From: Felis catus
Lineage: Eukaryota
DNA length: 64,000 nt
Assembly (NCBI RefSeq): GCF_018350175.1
Contig: NC_058368.1
Coordinates: forward strand, 197,162,001-197,226,000
Reading direction: 5' to 3'
In this document: positions 51,901 through 60,900 of the stretch, piece by piece
How positions within the stretch are numbered: position 1 is the stretch's first letter
How the letters are laid out: each line of letters opens with the position of its first letter
Position numbers and translations under genes: made by a program
The notes under the pieces: generated by a model
Database searches by the model: none
The model's input: the letters and a program-made list of their open reading frames with translations, nothing else
Told to the model about the DNA's origin: nothing

Positions 51901-54900
51901 TCCCCCATTCATGTTTCTCTCTCTCTCTCTCTCAAACATAAATAAATAAACTTAAAAAAAAGAATACCATATATAATACACATATCTCACAAAATACGCG
52001 TTAATCTATGTTTATGTTATTGGTAAGGCTTCCAGTCAACAGTAGGCTGTTAGTAGGTAAGGTCTAGGGGAGCCAAATGATACACGGATTTTCAACTCTG
52101 TGGGGGTCGGTGCCCCTAACCCTCGTGTTGTTCAAGAGTCAAGAGTCAACTGCAAAATACGAACGCGAGGGCAGGATTAGTTTGGGGGGATAGGACTGAG
52201 TGAAACTGATGGGTACTGGGGGATTATTAAAGGCCCCCCCAAGCCATCATTTGGGTGGATGGTATTTTTGAATTGTAAGGAACAAATTTCCTTACAATTT
52301 GTTGGAAATTGTACTTGTTGGAAATACAAATTTGTATTTGTTGGAAATTGAATTGTAAGGAACAATTCAAAATTATAATTGAATAATTCTAAAAAATATA
52401 TAATTGAGTAATTCTCAAGGCTTATGTCTGAATCTTTTTGGGGGGTGGTGGGGTGGGGCATGGGCCTGCCTATTCTGGAGATACTTGATTTATTCTAAAA
52501 ACTTAGCAAGAATGAAGAACGGGGCAGATTTTTCAACATGAAGACTTTCAAAAAAAGTCTCCAATGTTCCTGTTTCCGTCTCGTTTGTGGGGCTTCCCAC
52601 CGGTGATAAAACGCCCTTCTCATCATCGAAGCAAACCGTGTTCAGACTTCGGAAGGAGCCTGCTATTTTCCCAAGCTGAGATGTGGGGCTGATCTTCTCC
52701 TACCATGACAAGGATAATCGGTTTAATTAGTAGCTTCTTCCTACTTCGCGTCTCTTTATCGTTTCAATTATAGACCTGTTTTCCAGGGAGGCAGCAGCGC
52801 CCTGGTGCAACTGAAGCCTGGCGCCTTCCTAAATGTCACGCCCCGTCACCCTGCCCCGGCCGGGAGAGGGTGCACAACATCTCAGCAACAGCTTGGAAGC
52901 GAGTTGGGGAGGGAGGCTGCCAGAGCAGCCAGCACCAGCATAAGGGGAAACCAAGTCAGCGAGGGAACGCGGGACATTCTGCCTGTTAGCACACCGGAAT
53001 CGAGAAGAGAGTGGGCAGAAATGGGGCAAATTGGACAGGACCGAGAACCACAAGGTTAGGAAAGGCAGTACCAGGGTACTACGTCTGTCGTTCTCCTTGG
53101 AGAGGACAGAGACTAGGAAGGAAAGGGGCTGCGGAGTGGCCTGCGGAGGGCATGGGAAAGGGGGGGGATGGGATTTAATTCAGTGCCCATCGTGTACCAG
53201 CAAATGCACTGGGCCCTGTGGTGGGCAACTGTTATTTTTGCCTGGCCATTGTCCTTCCCCCTTCTTCCAGAAACAGCTTGGGGGTCATGCGAATAGGCCT
53301 TTCCTGGGTGGGACTCCTCATTCCCCACATCAGTCCATGTGGTGAAGTAGGGCAGACCCCACCAACAAGTGTATTCCAACTCTGTGGTCCCAGTGATTGG
53401 TTTGGAGACGGGCCTGAGATTGTCCAGTGAGAGCCAGTCCCGGGCTGAGCTATGAAAAAGAGAATCTCTCCTCCCCCTGGGCATGCTGTCTGATAGGATA
53501 TAAGCCTGGGGCCAATGGTGTCCAACTTCCCCATCATGAAGGAGAGCCTTCCTGAGAATAAGGCCCACACAGGGTACCGTGGAGCCAAGATGGTAAGATA
53601 CTCCAAATGCATTTGTTTGAGCCCTGGATCCAGCTGTGCCTGAAGCAAGACCTACTCCTAGGCTTTTTATTATGGGAGCTGATAAATTTCCTTTTTGGTC
53701 TAAGCTGTTTGACTATGGTTTCTGCGCTTGCAACCAAAAAAGTCCTCACTAACTGTAAAGACACTTCTGTACGTGTCCTTTACTCTCACACGACTACCAC
53801 ACTCGTAAGACTTCTGACATTAGATGTGTGTGTATGTGGTGGGGGCGGGGGGAGGGGTTCCATTGCAAGCAATTCTCTGAGACGCCAGCTGGATGTCCTA
53901 TAGCTTAACCGGTTCTGACACTATTTACCTAGAAAGAGTATCAGACCCCACAGGTTAAGGGCTCAGTCCTACATGGCTGCTCCTCCCCCACTTCAGATGC
54001 CAATCTCAAGCCCCAGGTTGTCACTCGTGCTTCTGACCGACTGGCTATAAATTGGGGTTCCCATGACCCCCCAACTTGGGCTCAATAATTCACTAGCGTA
54101 GCTTACAGAACTCAGGGGAACACTTATGTTTACTGGTTTATTATATAAAGGGATGACAAAGGGTAGAGATGAACATCCAGGTGGAAGGGGTACGTAGGAC
54201 AAGGGGTGCGGGAGGAGGCGTGGAGCTTCCATGGCCCCTCCCAGTGCACCAGTCTCCCAGAACCTCCACGTGTTCAGCAACCCGGAGGCTCTCCAAACCC
54301 CACCCTTTGGGGGTTTTTATGGAGGCTCCATCACAGAGGCACGATCCATCATCACCTCAGTTTCCAGACCCTCTCTCTCCCCCTTCTGGGGGATGCGAGG
54401 TGGCCCTGAAAGTTCCAAGCTTCTATTCATGGCTAGATCTTTCTGGTGTCCAGCCCCACCCTGAAGCTCTCCACCGGCAGTCACCTCATTAGAACAAAAG
54501 CCACTCCTATCACCCAGATTTAGGAAGAGATTTAGGAACTCTGTGTCAGGAACCAGGGTCAAGGGCAAATACTAATATTTATACTATTAATGTATATAAA
54601 ATCAATACAAAAGATGCTCCTGGTGTTCTTAACACTTACGGAGGTTGCAAGTTTTAGGAGCCCTGTGCTGGGAACCAGGGACAGAGAGCAGTTCATATAT
54701 TTTCTATTATTTCACGCTAACATATCCAGCAGGAGTTAAATAACAGTAGTATTCGCCGTGATAGATAAAGACTCTAAGTCTCAGAGAAAGCGACTTGGTG
54801 TCAGGTTTCATGGCCGGAAGCGGTAACATTGGAATCCAAGTCTGTTTCACTCCAACCATGTATCTCATGACATCACATGACCTCAAAGACCACTGAGTGG

Positions 54901-57900
54901 CAGAGAGCTGTGGCCACGTGTGTGGGATATAGGAGTCTGGAGTCCAAGATTTTAGCTCCGGCTCTACCAGAAACACTGCGTATGACCTTGGGATTGCACC
55001 ACCCGTCTTGGGGCTCCCTTTTCTCATCTGTAAAACGAGGAGGGCTAACTAGTTGATAGCTAAAAGTCTCTTCCAGCTTTAAGAAAAAAAATCAATACGT
55101 CCACGATGCTAATGGAGCCTCATACAAATGGAATCAATCGAAACCCGGTTACACCAGCAGCCCGAGAGGAGGCTCCCGGGACGCTCGACTGCTCAACGCA
55201 GCAGCACAAGGCAGAAGACCGCCGCCGCAGACAGTGTCAGAGTGGCTTGGAAATGCTGGGATGAGTTCCCGTCTGCAGCCCTGTGTGTGATCCAAGTGAC
55301 TTCCTTCTCGAACGAGAAAGTCTGCTTTTATGACCGCCCATCCCACTGACCCTTTACCCCACTACAATGCAGACGCTTCTCTCCTGTAATCCAGCTGACC
55401 TCAGACTGTTCTGAAGGTCACCTTTCCCCACACTCCACAGCTTCTTCTCAGCGCGCATAGTCCTCAACTGCTCCGCAGAATCTCACCAACACTGGCCGAC
55501 CGCGCCATCCTTTCTGAAGCTCCGTATTCTTGTGGCCCAGGTCCCTTTCTCCCCCCCACGTCCCTGACTGCTCTTCCTCTTTCTCTGACACCTCACTCCC
55601 CTTGTGCACCTGTAAGCGGCCACTCCCCTAGGCTGCCTTCAGCCCCTTCCTCCTTCTTCCTCCTTTCTTCCCTCCCTCCCTCTCTCCCCCTCCCTCTCTC
55701 CCTCTCTCTTGCTCTCCCTCCCTCCTTCTCTCCATCCCAATGACTCCCCTGGCGCTATTATTCAAATCCTAGCCTTTTTGAGATTATTCTCTCCACGCTG
55801 CGAAGCCTGATGGAGCTTTGTTCCTGAGTTCTGCTCCACATTTCTGACCGCTTTCTCGAAACCTTCTCGGAATTTCAATCACAACCTGTCCCAAATGGAA
55901 CTCGCTGTGTTTCTGCCTTGACCAGTTGCTTTCCCTGCCACCCCTCATTCCGCAGATGACAGCAGCAGACGTCCTCTCATCCAGGCTTGACACTTTGGTA
56001 CAACTTTTGGCCTCTTTTCCCTCAACCCTCCTGTCTACAAGTTGCCCCGCAGCAAAGAGATGGGAATTTCACTTCCATCATGCTGGAGGTAGGTGGTGCT
56101 CCTTCTGTTCGCCGCTGTAGGTCTTGAATCCTTCCCATGACGTCATGGCCTCCCCGCTGGTCTCCCACTTCTATTTCTTTCCTCCCAATGGAGCCCGTGT
56201 CCGTTATGCCCTCTCTAAGGAGCAGCTCTAAGTGGGTCACTCATGCTCAGTCTTTGCATAAGCCCTATTGCCCAGTGAATCCCACACAAACGCCTCACCC
56301 TGGTATTGGGCCCTCAGAAATCCAGGCCAACACCCCAGCTGTGCTCCTGTGTCTTGCTTTGTCTCCCACATCGCACTCCTACTGTTCCCTGGAAAGGTTT
56401 AATAGTTGGTCAGCTCTGTGCCTTTAGCTTATTCTCTCTGACTCCCTACAATCTTTTAGAAACATAATCTTATCATGTTGCTTCTTGGTTTAAAACCTGG
56501 GGCGCCTGGGTGGCTAAGACGCATAAACGTCCAACTTCAGCTCAGGTCTTGATCTCGCAGTTTGTGAGTTCGAGCCCCCTGTCGGGCTCTGTGCTGACAG
56601 CTCAGAGCCTGGAGCCTGCTTCGGATTCTGGGTCTCCCTCCCTCTTTGCTTCTCCCCTGTCACTCTGGAGCTCAGGGCTCAGAGTCACAGGGCTCCCCTT
56701 CACACTCTGTCTCTCTCTCTCTCTCTCTTAAAAATAAATAAAAACATTAAAAAAAATGAAAAACTCTCCACTACCTTGCCATTGCACTTACTCTAAAATC
56801 CAAACTCCTAAATGGCTACAAAGCCCTATATGATACGTCCTGTGTGATAGACTCCATCCTCCCTAGCCCCAATTTATATAATTCAGCCACACTGGCCTTT
56901 TCCTCTGTTCTTTGAATGGGGCAAGCTCTATTCTCCCCTAGCTGGTCACGAGACAGCCTCCTTCTTATCCTTGGGGCTCAGCTTCAATGCATCTCTGTGG
57001 ATCCTGCTTTCCTGGTTGCTACACTCTTTCCTGCAGAGACTGGACGCGGCTGCAGAATCCTTCTCAACACAAGCGCTGACTTCAGGTAACACTGACCAAG
57101 TGACCGGCGTTCTCAGAATTCGCGATTCTGCCTGGAAGAGCAGTCTGCCATCCCCCAGCCACTGTCAGAAGGGAAAACTGAGGCCTAGAGAGGCAAAGAG
57201 ACTCACCCCAAATCTGCGCATGAGGGAGCAGTTGAGTCAATATCAGAACCCGCTTGTTTCTAGTCTTCCGCCATGGTTTTTCCTTCGCACCAAACTCTTT
57301 CCTGTTTTGAATTCCTCGAGGTGGGTGGTCCCAAACCATAGGAAGACAGTTTTCTGGGCTCACAGGGTGTGGGAAGGAAGGCCAGGAAGGCCAGCAGATA
57401 GGAGCTCGGGCAGGGGCGCAGGTTGCCTGTTACTGGCAGAGCTGAGGCTGTGCATCAGAGGCAGGGGAGAGCTGTTGCCATGGTGATGGACCAGCCAAAG
57501 CAGGGCTCAGGGAGCAAGCCGGTAGACAAGCTGGTTCTTAAATCGGCACATTACCAAATGCTTAAAAAATTAAAACTGGCTTCTATCCTTTAGCAGGTTG
57601 GGAAGAAACCCGTAATTGTCTCTCCCCAGTAATCTATCTGGGTCTGAGTCCAGAGAAGCCACTGATATTCCCAGCACGGCGTTTTTTGAACCAGGAATAA
57701 TTTTGTCTGGCTTCTCACTTTGGGAGGGCCCAGAGAGGCAAAGTTATTTGCTCAAGTCGTGCAGCAAACTCAGCTGGGGTAGAGGCAGTGGGGGGCGGGG
57801 GGGGGGGGAGGAGGCTAGGGAAGAAGGGGGCCTCAGTGATGACTTTTTGGAGTCACGGGCCATCCTACGCAAACACCTTCACAGTTCCTTGAACCCCACT

Positions 57901-60900
57901 CACCTCCAAGACCCTGCCGCTGATGTATCGGTCACAGGTCTCGCATTTAATGCCAAACTGGGAGTGGTAGTCAGATTCGCAGTACGGAACACCATCCCTG
58001 CAAGAGGAAATCCACACAGGAAGAGGAAGTTGGGGGTGTGGGGATCCGAGGGGGAGCCACATGGAGGTTCCAGGACCTGCAGCCAATGGTGACTGGGCCA
58101 AGATTAGAAACACTTGGGGAGCTTGTCAAAAATGCAGACTCGCCAGCCACCCCCCCGGATCTCTGGAATCAGAGAACCCCTGGAAGGGGGCCTGGGAATC
58201 TGCATCTCGGCAGACTTCCCGAGCGCACCTGGGAACCACTGGTCTGGGCTGCTGGCCACGGGTGCCCCTCTTCTGTCCTCCTTCCGCCCCTCCTCCCCGC
58301 CAGCTCTCCAGACCCACTTTCTTCTCTTTATCCCTAAGGGCTGTGAGAAAAAAGTATTGTCAAAGTGCATTACGTTTTATTGTACTTAGAATAGGTGATA
58401 GTTGCACTTGGCACATTATAAAGGCATAAAGGGGAAATGCCTTCACCCTCCTCCCAGCCCTTTCCAGGAGGGAATCGATGTGGTCAATTTTTGTGGATAG
58501 CCTTAAGGGCTCCTCTTCTAATAACAAATTTTACCTGCAGTGAAAGAGTCATCTGACTGTCCTCCCGGGTCAGTAGATAACAGGAAACTACCTTAAGCAC
58601 TTCCTATGTGTTTCGTTTTCACCCGGTGCTTAAAACTTATCAGGCAGTAATAGGATTTTTGTTAATGATTCTTATACTACCTCCTACTACTAATAGCCAC
58701 TGACATTTATTTCGTGGGGTGTGCCGGCCCCTCCAAAGGTGTTTCACATAGATTATTTCGTTTAATCCTTCCGGCCGCCCTATGAAGTCAGAACTATCAG
58801 TCTCCCTATTGTGTGGATGAGGCAACTCAGTAACTCAACGCAGATGCTCTAAAGCTTGATCCAAAGCCGGGCGGTCTGGTTTCTCGCCCAGGTCGTCATG
58901 AGGACTGAAAGACGGCTCCAGCGTGTAGGGCTCAGCTGTGCCGGCCTGTAGGGAGGACTCTGTGTGCGGAGAGGGGACTTCAACAGGACACTGCATCTAA
59001 GGACCAGATCTGATGACACAGCTGTGTAGTGCTAATGAATCCAGGACGAGAGAGGGCCATTTCCCCCACCTCTGGGCATAAGAGAACCGGCTCACACAGA
59101 GAGGCCTGAAGGACAGGCACGTCACTGTTTTGTCTCCAAGTTGTTGCCACGCTGGGACTGCTGTGACCCCACCCTGGGCGGCAGGGAGGCTGTGTTCCCC
59201 TGAAGGAGAGGCAGCAATGAGGACTCAGGCCCAGAAAAGCCCAGAGGTCAGACTGCTGTTCGTGGGCCCAGGAGACAAGCCTCCTCCCACCCCTGCCAAC
59301 CTTTCCGCACGCCGTGGGTGTGGGAGGTGACCCTGCAGGGGGGATAAAGTCATGTGTCAGCAGAGGGGTAAAATGAGCCAGCAAACTTTGGGTATAAATG
59401 CCAACCCCGCCTCATTTGGACCCGCGGGTTGGGAGGCCTTAGGGAATTTGAAATATGCATGATTCTAAAGAGAGGCAGAGGGTAAAATTAATATTTACTA
59501 GACACTTATTACGTACGAGGCACTGATACCTGAGCCTTTGCGTGACCCAATGAGGTAGGTCTTCTTATCTGTTTTGAGAAGTGAGGAAACTGGGACTGGG
59601 AGAAGTGAAGTCTCTTGCCAAGGTCATGCAGGCTGGGCTTCTAACCAGAGCATCGATGCCACAGCCAGTGCCTCTAAGCACCTGCCACTCTGCCAGCAGA
59701 CAAATGAGGAGCCCAGGGCAGGCTTCAGAGGCCCAAGGTGCAACGGGCAGTCAGGGCTGGGCCTCCTTGAGAATTGCTCTGGGCAAACCCTGCGCCTCTA
59801 AAGAATTCTCACTCGGGCGCACAGACCCAGGGCCTCCTGGCTGGTGACTCACTTAAGGGCACTTCTTACTTGGCAAGCACAGAGCGAGATGCCAAACTCC
59901 TACTAACATGGCATTCAAAGCTCTGGGTGACGTGACCTCAGCTCACCTCTGCAGCCTCGGACCTTGCTTCACGAGTGCACGCGTCTGAGCTCCGGCCAAC
60001 AAGATGGACGTGTCAGGCAGCACCCTGCCCTTGCCCAGGCCGGGCATTCTGCCTCCCAGCTTTCCTTCTTTGCATTTTCCATTCTTACCCCTGTTTCCAA
60101 GGTCTGGCTCAAATAGCACTATCCTCCATGAAGCTCTCACGGACTCCAGATTTCACTCCCTGCTACTTCGAAGTGATCCCTTCTTTCTCTGAATATTCAC
60201 AGCCCTGTTCTTGGGCCTCCGGCAGACAGGGCTCTCTGGTAGCATCTGTGCCCCCTTTTGCCCAGAACCTCGCCTGGGGTTTCCTTTGGGGGCCACCCCT
60301 TGCCCCTCACAGTCACTGTGGGTCACGGAGGGCGGGTCTCTGCCTCTAGGGTTCACATCCTCCTGGCCAGCGATTGCTCAGGAATGGGTATGTGACTTAA
60401 GGGTGGCCCAAATCAGGGGCAACCATGGGACTTTCGCTGGAATCCTTGGGAAGAAGGCCTCTTTCTCTCTGCCGGCCTGGCTAAGCTGGGAGGATGAAAG
60501 CCTGGAGTGGCTGGTGATTACCTTTGCTACCCTTTGGGGAGCGCCTGTTTGAGAATAAATCCAACAGGGAAGAAGCTGGAGCTGGGAGAGGGGTGGGGGA
60601 GAGAGAGGTGGGGGAGAGGGGCACTTCTAAAGAGCCAATGACATCTTTAAGTCCCTGGATTCAGCCACGCCGAAGTCAGTATGCCTCTGGCTTTCCCATT
60701 TCTGGGAAAATAAACTCTCATTTTTGCTTTAAATGAATTCGAATTGGGTTTTCTGTCACTTATGATCTGAAGGGTCTTCAACAACAAAACTCTTGAGCTC
60801 CCTATCACATAACTGCTGATGTCATAATTCTTTATGTATATAGTTTGTCTCCCTTATTGGATTATCACTCTCTTGACAGCAAAAACCATACGTGCTACAA

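Noticed and set aside
52268..52365. CRISPR-like repeat/spacer array (ttgttggaaat x3)
   Set aside because: The DNA is mammalian, the repeats are 11 bp with 5-12 bp gaps made of local sequence, and there are no cas genes.
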